Shown piece by piece: positions 1-7,831 of a stretch of 32,000 nt of DNA; position 1 is the stretch's first letter, and the number at the start of each line of letters is the position of its first letter. The notes under the pieces were generated by a model. That model ran no database searches, was not told where the DNA came from, and saw only the letters and a program-made list of their open reading frames with translations. The position numbers and the translations under genes are program-made. Source of the DNA: Patescibacteria group bacterium (GTDB taxonomy: Bacteria > Patescibacteriota > Patescibacteriia > 2-01-FULL-39-33); NCBI GenBank assembly GCA_041662745.1, contig JBAZRV010000007.1, positions 9,180 through 41,179 on the forward strand. The letters are read 5' to 3'.

Positions 1-406
1 GTTTTTCAATATCGCCGGCCATGGACTGGATCAGGGAAGCGGAATCCAAATTAGGATCGCTCAACTCCAGAATATTGACATTGATATTTTTCAATCCCTT
101 CTTGCGGCTGAAGTCGTCTTTAAGGAATTTATCCTTGATCTCTTTCTTCAAATCTTCGGCGCCGGAACCGCCGCGACCGATAATCAGACCAGGACGGGAG
201 GCGTGGATATTCAAAACAATGGCATTGGGCGAGCGTTCTATTTCAACCTTAGAAATTCCTAAGTTGCGGAATTTTTTCATCACAAACCTGCGGATGCGCA
301 CATCCTGCTTCAAATACTCGGAAAAATCACTCTCCGTAAACCAACGCGATTCCCAAGTTTTATTGATTTTTAGCCGTAAACCTTTGGCATTAACTTTTTG
401 ACCCAT
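1..406 (-). CDS. rpsC: 30S ribosomal protein S3, N-terminal part (gene continues beyond left edge)
   Basis: Minus-strand translation from ATG at 406-404 gives MGQKVNAKGLRLKINKTWESRWF, the canonical S3 N-terminus. It follows rplV as in S10 operons. The + ORF 21..401 is its antisense shadow. Confidence 0.9.
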   Translation of the reverse strand, partial: MGQKVNAKGLRLKINKTWESRWFTESDFSEYLKQDVRIRRFVMKKFRNLGISKVEIERSPNAIVLNIHASRPGLIIGRGGSGAEDLKKEIKDKFLKDDFSRKKGLKNINVNILELSDPNLDSASLIQSMAGDIEK

Positions 407-466
407 AAATATTAGCTTATGGCTTATAGCATAGAGCTTATAGCCGATAACTTTTTAATTCTTATT

Positions 467-988
467 TTACTTACTGCCTGTTTTTCTATTTAAAATCTTA
501 GAGGCGAAACCTTTATCGCTGGCCTTGGCCTTTTTGATCTCCTTTTGGCCTTCCTGTTTGCCGGCAATGTCTTTAAGCTCATCAAATTCTCCGGTGCCAA
601 CCTTGATTATATCAGAGGTGTCAGTCTTTTTCTCTTTTTTAACCTTGCCGGAAGCGACGATTTCCTCTAAAACCACTTTAATCTTAGATGATTCCTTGCG
701 CAACGGGGTGGCGCGTCCAAAGGCTCGGGGTTGCCAACGTTTCAATACCGGACCGGCATCAACAGTAATTGAGGCGATTTTCAAATTATCCGGCGTCAAA
801 TCATAATTCTCTTTAGCGTTAGCGATGGCGGATTTGAGCAATTTCAATAAATCCTTGGCCGCCGCCTTCTGGCTAAAATTTAATTGCATCAAGGCTTTCT
901 CTGCGGTCAAACCGTTAATCAGATTGGCTACCAACCTCACCTTGCGATAACTTATCCTCAAATTGTTCATTTTAGCGATAACTTGCAT
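467..988 (-). CDS. rplV: 50S ribosomal protein L22 with Lys/Glu-rich C-terminal extension
   Basis: MQVIAKMNNLRISYRKVRLVANLINGL...RWQPRAFGRATPLRKESSKIKVVL matches the L22 core. Sits between rpsS and rpsC. Confidence 0.93.
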   Translation of the reverse strand: MQVIAKMNNLRISYRKVRLVANLINGLTAEKALMQLNFSQKAAAKDLLKLLKSAIANAKENYDLTPDNLKIASITVDAGPVLKRWQPRAFGRATPLRKESSKIKVVLEEIVASGKVKKEKKTDTSDIIKVGTGEFDELKDIAGKQEGQKEIKKAKASDKGFASKILNRKTGSK

Positions 989-993
989 ATAAT

Positions 994-1284
994 TTAAACT
1001 TTGGCTCCCTGTTCAATGGCTTTTTGGATTTTACCGCCATGACGGAAAAACTTCTTAGTCGGAGAAAATTCTCCCAGTTTGTGGCCGACCATATTTTCTA
1101 CCACAAACACCGGCAAATGTTCTTTGCCATTATGCACGCCAAAAGTCAAACCAACCATTTCCGGAGTAATCGTGCTGCTTCTAGCCCAGGTTTTAATTAC
1201 AACCTTAGCGCCTTTAGGGGTGCTCTGGACTTTCTTTAACAGTTTGGGATCGACGTAAGGACCTTTTTTAAGGCTTCTAGACAT
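994..1284 (-). CDS. rpsS: 30S ribosomal protein S19
   Basis: [19 protein letters not shown]...[17 protein letters not shown] is the canonical S19 sequence, in conserved operon position. Confidence 0.95.
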   Translation of the reverse strand: MSRSLKKGPYVDPKLLKKVQSTPKGAKVVIKTWARSSTITPEMVGLTFGVHNGKEHLPVFVVENMVGHKLGEFSPTKKFFRHGGKIQKAIEQGAKV

Positions 1285-1347
1285 ATGTGTTAATAATCAA
1301 TAATCAAGACACAATAATCAATTTTCATTTCTTGATTTATTCTTTAA

Positions 1348-1413
1348 TTATTGTATTTTATTTATTGTATCTTATTTAATCTTTTGGTTATTGTATCTTG
1401 GTTATTGTATCTT
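1348..1413. repeat. Short AT-rich repeat array TTATTGTAT(CTT) x4 in the rplB-rpsS spacer
   Basis: Copies at 1348-1356, 1362-1373, 1386-1399 and 1400-1413. The last two are a perfect 14-bp tandem GGTTATTGTATCTT. The left half of the spacer (1292-1321) carries three AATAATCAA-like units. Confidence 0.85.
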
Positions 1414-1418
1414 ATTCT

Positions 1419-2267
1419 TTATTTTTTCTTCTTTCTGGACGGACGGCGATTCAAAATTAATTTACCGGACGCCTTATTTTTCTTTCTGGTTTTAACACCC
1501 AAAGCCGGCTTGCCCCAAGGGGTCTTAGGATGCTTTAATCCGATCGGATTAACGCCTTCACCGCCGCCATGAGGATGATCAACTGGGTTCATAACCTTGC
1601 CCCTAACTGTCGGCTTGATGCCCCGATGACGCATTCGCCCAGCCTTGCCCCAGCGAATATTTTTGAAATCAGGATTAGACACCGTGCCAATAACCGCTAA
1701 AGCCGTTTCCGGCACCAAACGGACTTCTCCGGAAGGCATCTTAAGTTGGGCAAAACCGCGATCAAACCCCATCAAATTAACACCGGTACCGGCACCGCGG
1801 GCCAACTGACCGCCGCGGCCAGGCAAAATTTCTACGTTATAAACAACGACACCGGCGGGAATATGCTTAAGAGGCATGGCATTGCCCGATTTATATTCAA
1901 TCTTGTTTTGCGAACTCAAAACACTTTCACCAACTTGCAAATTCTGAGGCGCCACAATATAACGTTTCTCGCCATCAGCGTAAGCCAATAAAGCAATGCG
2001 GGCGTTTCGTCCCGGATCGTATTCAATCGTTTTAACGATAGCGGGCACATCAAACTTATCGCGACGATAATCAATGACGCGGATCTTCTTGTTGGCCCCG
2101 CCGCCCTGATGGCGTACGGTGATTTTTCCCTGAGAATTACGGCCGGCCATGCGTTTAGCTGAAATCAATAAAGACTTTTCCGGCTTAGTGGCGGTAATGT
2201 CTTGGCGGGTCAAAATAGAAGTTTGCCGACGCCCGGGAGTTGTTGGTTTGTAAATCTTGATGGACAT
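1419..2267 (-). CDS. rplB: 50S ribosomal protein L2
   Basis: MSIKIYKPTTPGRRQ...VMNPVDHPHGGGEG is the canonical L2 sequence. Has a basic C-terminal tail. Confidence 0.96.
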   Translation of the reverse strand: MSIKIYKPTTPGRRQTSILTRQDITATKPEKSLLISAKRMAGRNSQGKITVRHQGGGANKKIRVIDYRRDKFDVPAIVKTIEYDPGRNARIALLAYADGEKRYIVAPQNLQVGESVLSSQNKIEYKSGNAMPLKHIPAGVVVYNVEILPGRGGQLARGAGTGVNLMGFDRGFAQLKMPSGEVRLVPETALAVIGTVSNPDFKNIRWGKAGRMRHRGIKPTVRGKVMNPVDHPHGGGEGVNPIGLKHPKTPWGKPALGVKTRKKNKASGKLILNRRPSRKKKK

Positions 2268-2272
2268 ATCTG

Positions 2273-2710
2273 TTATTTAATACCTTCGTAAACATTAATC
2301 GACTTGCCTTTGGGTAGGGTGATGATGGCTTTTTTCCAATTTTTACGTTTGCCAAACCGTTGGCCGAAACGGACAAACTTGCCGCGCACGTTTGAAACAT
2401 TGACACTCAGCGGCTTCAAACCGTAACGGCTTTCTACCGCCTTCTTAATTTCATTCTTAGTCGTCTTGGCATCAACCGCAAAAACATATTGATTGCTGGC
2501 TTCTCCGGAAGCGGTCTTTTCTGTCAATAAGGGAGCAATCAAAACACCGTAAACCGAGGCCTTGGCACTGTTTTTTTCAGTGCCGGTCTTAGCGATCTTT
2601 ACCGTTTTGCCGGTCTTAGCGGTCCTGGCCTCGTCTTTGGCCTCAACAACTTTTTCTACAGCGACCTTCGGCTCTTCTTCTTTGGTTGTTTTTTTATTAA
2701 ATAAACCCAT
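2273..2710 (-). CDS. rplW: 50S ribosomal protein L23 with ~50-aa Lys/Glu/Thr-rich N-terminal extension
   Basis: L23 core LLTEKTASGEASNQYVFAVDAKTTKNEIKKAVESRYGLKPLSVNV. Start moved to ATG 2710-2708, just after the rplD stop at 2715. The tracked ORF up to 2872 overlaps rplD and is an artefactual extension. Confidence 0.85.
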   Translation of the reverse strand: MGLFNKKTTKEEEPKVAVEKVVEAKDEARTAKTGKTVKIAKTGTEKNSAKASVYGVLIAPLLTEKTASGEASNQYVFAVDAKTTKNEIKKAVESRYGLKPLSVNVSNVRGKFVRFGQRFGKRKNWKKAIITLPKGKSINVYEGIK

Positions 2711-2714
2711 ATAC

Positions 2715-3443
2715 TTACTTGGTCTTAGCCTTGGCAGTCTTAGTCTTTTTGACCTTAGCGACCGCGACTGCGGACTTTTCTTTAGTTTTTTCTTTAACTT
2801 GTTTATAGACTTTATCAATTTCTTCCACCGACTTAATGCCAACCAATAAAGCGTCGGCCTTAAGCAAATCAACGCAATTCAGGCTCTTAGCGGAGATCGT
2901 CGCCACACCTTTAAGGTTTTTAGCGGCGCGAATCAGCTTATCATCTCCTTCGCTCATCACCAACAAGAACTTCTTACTCTCTTTCAATCCGGCAATCGCT
3001 TTCTTGATATTCTTAAACCAAACATTCAAATCTTTGGTTTTGCCGGCGGGATTTTCCAATTTATCAAAAATAAACAGATCTTTATTGGCGGCCTTATCGG
3101 ATAAGCACATGGCCAGAGCGGCTTGTTTCATTTTTTTGTTCACTTTTTGAGTGAAGTTGCGATCATTCCTCGGACCGAAAGTTACGCCGCCGCCAACCCA
3201 AATCGGGGAACGGGTGGAACCGTGACGAGCACGGCCAGTGCCTTTTTGGCGCCAGGGTTTTTTACCGCCTCCACGCACCTCGGCCCGGGTCTTGGTATGA
3301 GCCAGCACTTCGCGGGAATTAGCTTCTTGAGCGATTACCACCTGATGGACTACGGCCGGATTGACTTCACGGCCAAACAACCGAGCGGGCAGCTCGACAT
3401 CTTTTATTTGTTCGCCTTGATAATTGTATACGGGAAATTTCAT
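2715..3443 (-). CDS. rplD: 50S ribosomal protein L4 with Lys/Ala/Thr-rich C-terminal tail
   Basis: MKFPVYNYQGEQIKDVELPARLFG...GGGKKPWRQKGTGRARHGSTRSPIWVGGGVTFGP is canonical L4. The internal ATG at 3443 is preferred over 3473, which would translate the repeat-containing spacer. Confidence 0.9.
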   Translation of the reverse strand: MKFPVYNYQGEQIKDVELPARLFGREVNPAVVHQVVIAQEANSREVLAHTKTRAEVRGGGKKPWRQKGTGRARHGSTRSPIWVGGGVTFGPRNDRNFTQKVNKKMKQAALAMCLSDKAANKDLFIFDKLENPAGKTKDLNVWFKNIKKAIAGLKESKKFLLVMSEGDDKLIRAAKNLKGVATISAKSLNCVDLLKADALLVGIKSVEEIDKVYKQVKEKTKEKSAVAVAKVKKTKTAKAKTK

Positions 3444-3481
3444 ACTTATATATGGCTTATGGCTTACGGCCAATAGCTTAT

Positions 3482-4318
3482 TTATTCTTTTACTTCTTCA
3501 ATTTTATTTTCTTCAATCGGCTTCAACTCAGCGACAGCCTCTTCCTTAGATTCAGCAACGACTTCTTCCCGAGGTTCCGCCTTAATCTCAGTATCCGCCT
3601 TAATCTCAGTAATTGAATCTTCGGCGCTTTTTTCTACCGGAACTTCTTTAGTAATTTCTTCGGGAATTTCTTTCACCGATTCTGGTTGTTTGATTATCAT
3701 CTCGCCCGGACCGTAAATCATGATTAAACCATGGCGAGCTCCGGGAACGGCGCCCTTAACATAAAGAATGTTTTTTTCCGGCTCAACGGCAATAATCTGA
3801 AGTCCGGACACGGTAACCTGTTCATCGCCCATATGTCCAGCCATTCTCTTGCCCTTAAACACACGTTGCACTCCGCCGGCACCGATAGAACCGGGCATTC
3901 TTTCTTGATCCTTATGGCCATGGGAAGAATTCTGGCCATGAAAACCATGGCGTTTAACCACGCCTTGGAAACCCTTGCCCTTAGATTGGCCGGTCACGGT
4001 AACCGCATCGCCCTCGGCAAAAACTTCAACAGTAATAACATCGCCGCGTTTAACACCGGCAACCTCCTTATCGGTCAAACGGAATTCGCGGACGGTTTTA
4101 ACCGGCGGCAAGTCTTTCAAATGACCGATTCTGGATTTACCCGGCTTTTTATCAACGCCAAAACCGACTTGGACGGCATTATAACCATCCTTACTATCGG
4201 CTGACTTGACCTGAGTAACGACATTGGGCAAAGCCAAAACCGCCGTTACCGGGACAACCATACCGTCTTCCTTGTAGAGTTGGGTCATTTCTACTTTTTT
4301 TCCTAAAATGAATTTCAT
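3482..4318 (-). CDS. rplC: 50S ribosomal protein L3 with ~70-aa acidic C-terminal extension
   Basis: MKFILGKKVEMTQLYKEDGMVVPVTAV...KGKGFQGVVKRHGF is the L3 core. The tail is EIPEEITKEVPVEKSAED...KIEEVKE and contains a perfect 18-bp tandem duplication at 3576-3611. Confidence 0.93.
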   Translation of the reverse strand: MKFILGKKVEMTQLYKEDGMVVPVTAVLALPNVVTQVKSADSKDGYNAVQVGFGVDKKPGKSRIGHLKDLPPVKTVREFRLTDKEVAGVKRGDVITVEVFAEGDAVTVTGQSKGKGFQGVVKRHGFHGQNSSHGHKDQERMPGSIGAGGVQRVFKGKRMAGHMGDEQVTVSGLQIIAVEPEKNILYVKGAVPGARHGLIMIYGPGEMIIKQPESVKEIPEEITKEVPVEKSAEDSITEIKADTEIKAEPREEVVAESKEEAVAELKPIEENKIEEVKE

Positions 4319-4580
4319 AATCTTTAAATCACATTTGCTATTTAAACAAAAAGTCCGGTTTTACCCGAACCTTAACTTTAACACGCAGCGCCCAATTCGT
4401 CCTTAAAAGGCAAAATCGGTTACAGTCGTCATTAAGTTGTGGTTTTAGGTAAAAACTCCTTTTTGCGGACTGCTCCCTACTCATGAAGGTTTTCCCCGCA
4501 GGTTGCTGCTTTAAACTGGGGATCTTTCTTCATTTTCTTTAGCGGCCGCTTGGGCCTAACTTCGCTTATGGCGAAGAGAC

Positions 4581-4913
4581 TTACATTTTAATTTCAATAT
4601 TCACGCCGGCTGGCAGATTCAATCCCATCAGAGCATCAACAACCTGGGCGGTCGGATCAATAATGTCAATCAAACGCTTATGCGTACGCATTTCAAACTG
4701 ATCACGCGCGTTCTTGTGCACGAAAGTGGAACGGTTAACGGTATACTTGCGTTTTTCTGTGGGCAAGGGTACCGGACCGACAACTTTTACGCCAAAACGA
4801 TGGCAACTCTCAATGATTTTTTTAGCGGAGTTATCAATAATTTTGTGATCGTACGCTTTAAGTTTGATCCTGATTCTTTGGTGGGCTTTGCCCTCGGCTA
4901 CTTTAGTGGTCAT
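4581..4913 (-). CDS. rpsJ: 30S ribosomal protein S10
   Basis: [24 protein letters not shown]...[33 protein letters not shown] is canonical S10. Confidence 0.95.
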   Translation of the reverse strand: MTTKVAEGKAHQRIRIKLKAYDHKIIDNSAKKIIESCHRFGVKVVGPVPLPTEKRKYTVNRSTFVHKNARDQFEMRTHKRLIDIIDPTAQVVDALMGLNLPAGVNIEIKM

Positions 4914-5040
4914 AGTTATGCTGGTCTTACCGTCCGGGTGGGTTAATTAATTTATAACGGACGCAATGACTAAGGTGAAATTTAATTTCACTGGCTCGGA
5001 GACGAACGAGACTGCTCATCTCCGAAGAGTAAAATAAAAT

Positions 5041-6225
5041 TTATTTGACAATCTTGGTTACAACACCGGCGCCGACAGTATGGCCGCCTTCACGAATGGC
5101 GAATTTCATCTTTTCTTCCATGGCCACGGTCTTGCCCAATTTGACGATGACGTTAACGGTGTCGCCAGGCATAACCATTTCTGTTCCGGCCGGCAAAGTT
5201 ATTTCACCGGTTACATCAGTTGTTCTGACGTAGAACTGCGGTTTATAGCCATTGAAAAACGGCTTGTGGCGTCCGCCTTCTTCCTTGGACAGGATGTAGA
5301 CTTCGGCTTCAAACTCGGAATGCGGAGTGATGGAACCTGGTTTGGCCAAAACTTGACCGCGTTCAACTTCTTCTTTCTTAGTGCCGCGCAAGAGGACACC
5401 GGCATTATCACCGGCTCTGCCCTCATCCAGGGATTTATTAAACATTTCGATGCCGGTAACGACGGTTTTCTTAGTATCGGCCAAACCGACAATTTCTACT
5501 TCTTCGTTAATTTTGATTATACCGCGTTCAATTCTGCCGGTAACGACGGTGCCGCGGCCTTCAATAGAGAAAACATCCTCAATCGGCATTAGGAAAGGCT
5601 GATCGGTGGCGCGTTGCGGCTCGGGGATGTAAGTGTCTAAAGCATTCATTAATTCCATGATGCAATCGGCATCGGGACCGCTCGGATTCTCCAAAGCCTT
5701 CAAAGCAGAACCCTTGATAATCGGAGTGGTGTCGCCGGGATAGTTATATTTGGTCAATAACTCACGGATTTCTCCTTCAACCAAATCAATCATTTCCGGA
5801 TCGGCCTGATCAACTTTGTTAATGAAAACGACGATATGAGGTACGCCGACTTGGTAAGCCAAAAGAATATGCTCTCTGGTCTGAGGCATGGGGCCGTCGG
5901 TAGCAGCCACGACCAAAATAGCTCCATCCATCTGGGCGGCGCCAGTAATCATGTTCTTGATGTAATCAGCATGGCCTGGGCAATCCACGTGAGCGTAGTG
6001 GCGCTTTTCTGTTTCGTATTCTACGTGAGCGGTAGCAATAGTGATACCGCGAGCCTTCTCTTCGGGGGCGGCATCAATCTGATCGACTGATTTATGCTGG
6101 GCCGTAAAGCCGCGAGCAGCCAGGGTGGCCAAAATAGCCGCGGTCAAGGTAGTCTTGCCGTGGTCGACGTGACCAATGGTACCCACATTAACGTGGGGCT
6201 TGCTTCTGTTAAATGCTTCTGCCAT
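5041..6225 (-). CDS. tuf: Elongation factor Tu
   Basis: [35 protein letters not shown] and NKVD G-motifs. Start set at ATG 6225, which has AAGGA 9 nt upstream, rather than the tracked 6258. Confidence 0.96.
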   Translation of the reverse strand: MAEAFNRSKPHVNVGTIGHVDHGKTTLTAAILATLAARGFTAQHKSVDQIDAAPEEKARGITIATAHVEYETEKRHYAHVDCPGHADYIKNMITGAAQMDGAILVVAATDGPMPQTREHILLAYQVGVPHIVVFINKVDQADPEMIDLVEGEIRELLTKYNYPGDTTPIIKGSALKALENPSGPDADCIMELMNALDTYIPEPQRATDQPFLMPIEDVFSIEGRGTVVTGRIERGIIKINEEVEIVGLADTKKTVVTGIEMFNKSLDEGRAGDNAGVLLRGTKKEEVERGQVLAKPGSITPHSEFEAEVYILSKEEGGRHKPFFNGYKPQFYVRTTDVTGEITLPAGTEMVMPGDTVNVIVKLGKTVAMEEKMKFAIREGGHTVGAGVVTKIVK

Positions 6226-6324
6226 GTTATTTATCCTTTTTGAGTTCCTCGCCCTCAAATCCGGGGAGTTTTAGCCAGAACTCAATATTATTTAGTATTA
6301 TTTATAATTTTTATTAGCTTGACT

Positions 6325-6352
6325 ATTATATCACAAAAACAAAAAAAATCAA
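6325..6352 (-). promoter_or_regulatory. Sigma70-type promoter upstream of tuf (TTGATT-16 nt-TGATATAAT, extended -10)
   Basis: Minus strand reads TTGATT (6352-6347), a 16-nt T-rich spacer ending in TG, then TATAAT (6330-6325), about 95 nt upstream of the tuf ATG. Confidence 0.5.
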
Positions 6353-6397
6353 GAAGGAGCGGGATTATATTTTTTCCACAGTTACCGCACAGCCGAT

Positions 6398-6754
6398 TTA
6401 ACCGTTTACCGGCTCAAAGTAGTACCGATCTTCATCTTGTATGTCTCGATCATTTTGGCTAAATTCAGATAAAATCTCTTCATCAGGGACAACTCCGATA
6501 TCTCTGGCAAAATTATACTGATCCACTGACAATTCCCTTAGCTCTTGATTATCCTTCCAAATAGCGATATCACGATTTATTTTATCTAAAAGTTCATCTT
6601 CTGTCAAGCCCGAGACGCCAGATTTGCCTAAAATTAAATCTTCATAATCAGCGACAGTCATAATAACATAGCCCGGTTCGCCGTGCTCATCCAAAACAAT
6701 GGCCTTATCACCTGTTTTTTTGAGTAAATTTACTAATTTAGTAAGATTGGGCAT
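6398..6754 (-). CDS. Hypothetical protein with Phd/YefM-antitoxin-like N-terminal region and acidic C-terminus
   Basis: KAIVLDEHGEPGYVIMTVADYEDLI resembles the Phd/YefM beta-hairpin/helix signature (judged by eye). No SD and no adjacent toxin-like ORF. Confidence 0.6.
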   Translation of the reverse strand: MPNLTKLVNLLKKTGDKAIVLDEHGEPGYVIMTVADYEDLILGKSGVSGLTEDELLDKINRDIAIWKDNQELRELSVDQYNFARDIGVVPDEEILSEFSQNDRDIQDEDRYYFEPVNG

Positions 6755-6910
6755 ATTAATTGCTGAGTTGATAAATTAGCGGCCAAATACTGATTAACCG
6801 CTTTAACTGGCAATAATTAGCGTTGATTTAATAATATTATAGCAAAAACAGGACTTTGTAAAGTGGTAATGATTGAGCTGGCGGGTGTGGATAACTATTT
6901 ATTAAAAACA

Positions 6911-6939
6911 TTGACAAAATCATAAGTATTTGATATAAT
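6911..6939 (+). promoter_or_regulatory. Consensus sigma70 promoter (TTGACA-17 nt-TATAAT with TG extended -10)
   Basis: TTGACA at 6911-6916, 17-nt spacer, TG at 6931-6932, TATAAT at 6934-6939. Precedes the 234-aa plus-strand ORF. Confidence 0.7.
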
Positions 6940-6945
6940 ACGATG

Positions 6946-7057
6946 TTAATCGTCCCTGTCGGGCGGTTGGCTGAGGCCGAAACCAAAATCGTTTATGTGG
7001 ACGATGGCGGTTCTATCTGTTCCTTATTAAAGTCCCAAGGACAAGGAGTACCGGAGA
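6946..7057 (+). promoter_or_regulatory. Candidate structured 5' leader of the 234-aa ORF
   Basis: 7-bp long-range helix ATCGTCC (6949-6955) / GGACGAT (6999-7005) encloses a GGTTGGC-TGAG-GCC-GA-AACC hairpin. UUCCUU (7021-7026) is complementary, with one G-U, to the SD AAGGAG (7043-7048). Confidence 0.35.
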
Positions 7058-7762
7058 ATGAAAGAGTATGGACCACGCCGTGTCTTACATGTTAGATTCA
7101 TAAACGATGGCGAAGGAGATATAAAGGATTTCAACAACAATGGCTCCGTCCTACGCATCGCGGATGAAACCTTCCTGACGGCCATGAAAACCCTGGGCGA
7201 AAAACTTGGCCGAGCCGATCTGGACGCCCTGAGATGTGATGATGGTAGCGTATTGCTAACCGACCCGCCGTGTTTTGGCGGAACAATAAAAGTGGCGGAA
7301 AGATGCCTAACCGAAGCCGACATTTTTTTCCAGAAAATACCGCGCATTCCCAAGGCGGAAGAACTGTCGGAGTATATTGATAACATCAACGGTTGTCGGC
7401 ATTTGTTCAAGCCGCTGCCGTTCGGGTACGGCTATCGGTACGACTACGCCTGTCTGGAAATCGGCGTACAACTGGGAACCGTCGAAACTATGGGGGCGCT
7501 AGCTACCATATACCGGGTCAGACGCTACCGCCAAGAGTTTGTTGGCGATAAAAATCAAATCGTTGCGGGGGAAATAAAATACGGTCACCGCAACGCTCCG
7601 CGTGATTTGATTGATGTCTTCGGTTGTTGCCTCCTACTTTGTCAGGGCAACATAAAAAAAGCCCAACAAATGAGTGGGAGTTCTTACGTTAAGTGGGGAA
7701 TTCATGACCTCACAAAAAAGGCTTTTAACATGATGCGCGAGGAGGCTGCCAAGACCGCCTAA
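7058..7762 (+). CDS. Hypothetical Cys-rich protein (234 aa), no family recognised
   Basis: Has its own consensus promoter, SD AAGGAG 9 nt upstream, and an intrinsic terminator right after the stop. It is one of only two coding islands on the plus strand in the left 17 kb. Confidence 0.75.
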   Translation: MKEYGPRRVLHVRFINDGEGDIKDFNNNGSVLRIADETFLTAMKTLGEKLGRADLDALRCDDGSVLLTDPPCFGGTIKVAERCLTEADIFFQKIPRIPKAEELSEYIDNINGCRHLFKPLPFGYGYRYDYACLEIGVQLGTVETMGALATIYRVRRYRQEFVGDKNQIVAGEIKYGHRNAPRDLIDVFGCCLLLCQGNIKKAQQMSGSSYVKWGIHDLTKKAFNMMREEAAKTA

Positions 7763-7778
7763 TCGCCAAGTACAAAAT

Positions 7779-7815
7779 CCCCGCACTGCTGACGCAGGGC
7801 GGGGGTTCTTTTTTA
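7779..7815 (+). terminator. Intrinsic terminator between convergent 234-aa ORF and valS
   Basis: CCCGCACTGC (7780-7789) pairs with GCAGGGCGGG (7794-7803), 10 bp with one mismatch and a TGAC loop, followed by TTCTTTTTTATTT. Confidence 0.8.
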
Positions 7816-7831
7816 TTTGAAAAATGATAAG

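Noticed and set aside
1285-1418. CRISPR array or other spacer-repeat structure in the repeat-rich intergenic regions (also 407-466, 13253-13300, 15437-15544)
   Set aside because: The repeats are 9-14 bp, directly abutting or irregularly spaced. They have no unique spacers of CRISPR size, and there are no cas genes.
2711-2872. N-terminal 54 codons of the tracked rplW ORF, and the first 10 codons of tracked rplD (3444-3473)
   Set aside because: The rplW extension overlaps the rplD coding end, and the rplD extension translates the repeat spacer. The internal ATGs give canonical L23 and L4 N-termini with proper gene spacing.
6886-6894. Perfect DnaA-box 9-mers (TGTGGATAA at 6886-6894 and TTATCCACA at 28255-28263) as a possible replication origin
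   Set aside because: There are only two isolated boxes, 21 kb apart. There is no box cluster, no adjacent AT-rich unwinding element with repeats, and no dnaA or dnaN nearby. The second box sits in the loop of the ftsZ terminator. They may be stray regulatory sites at most.
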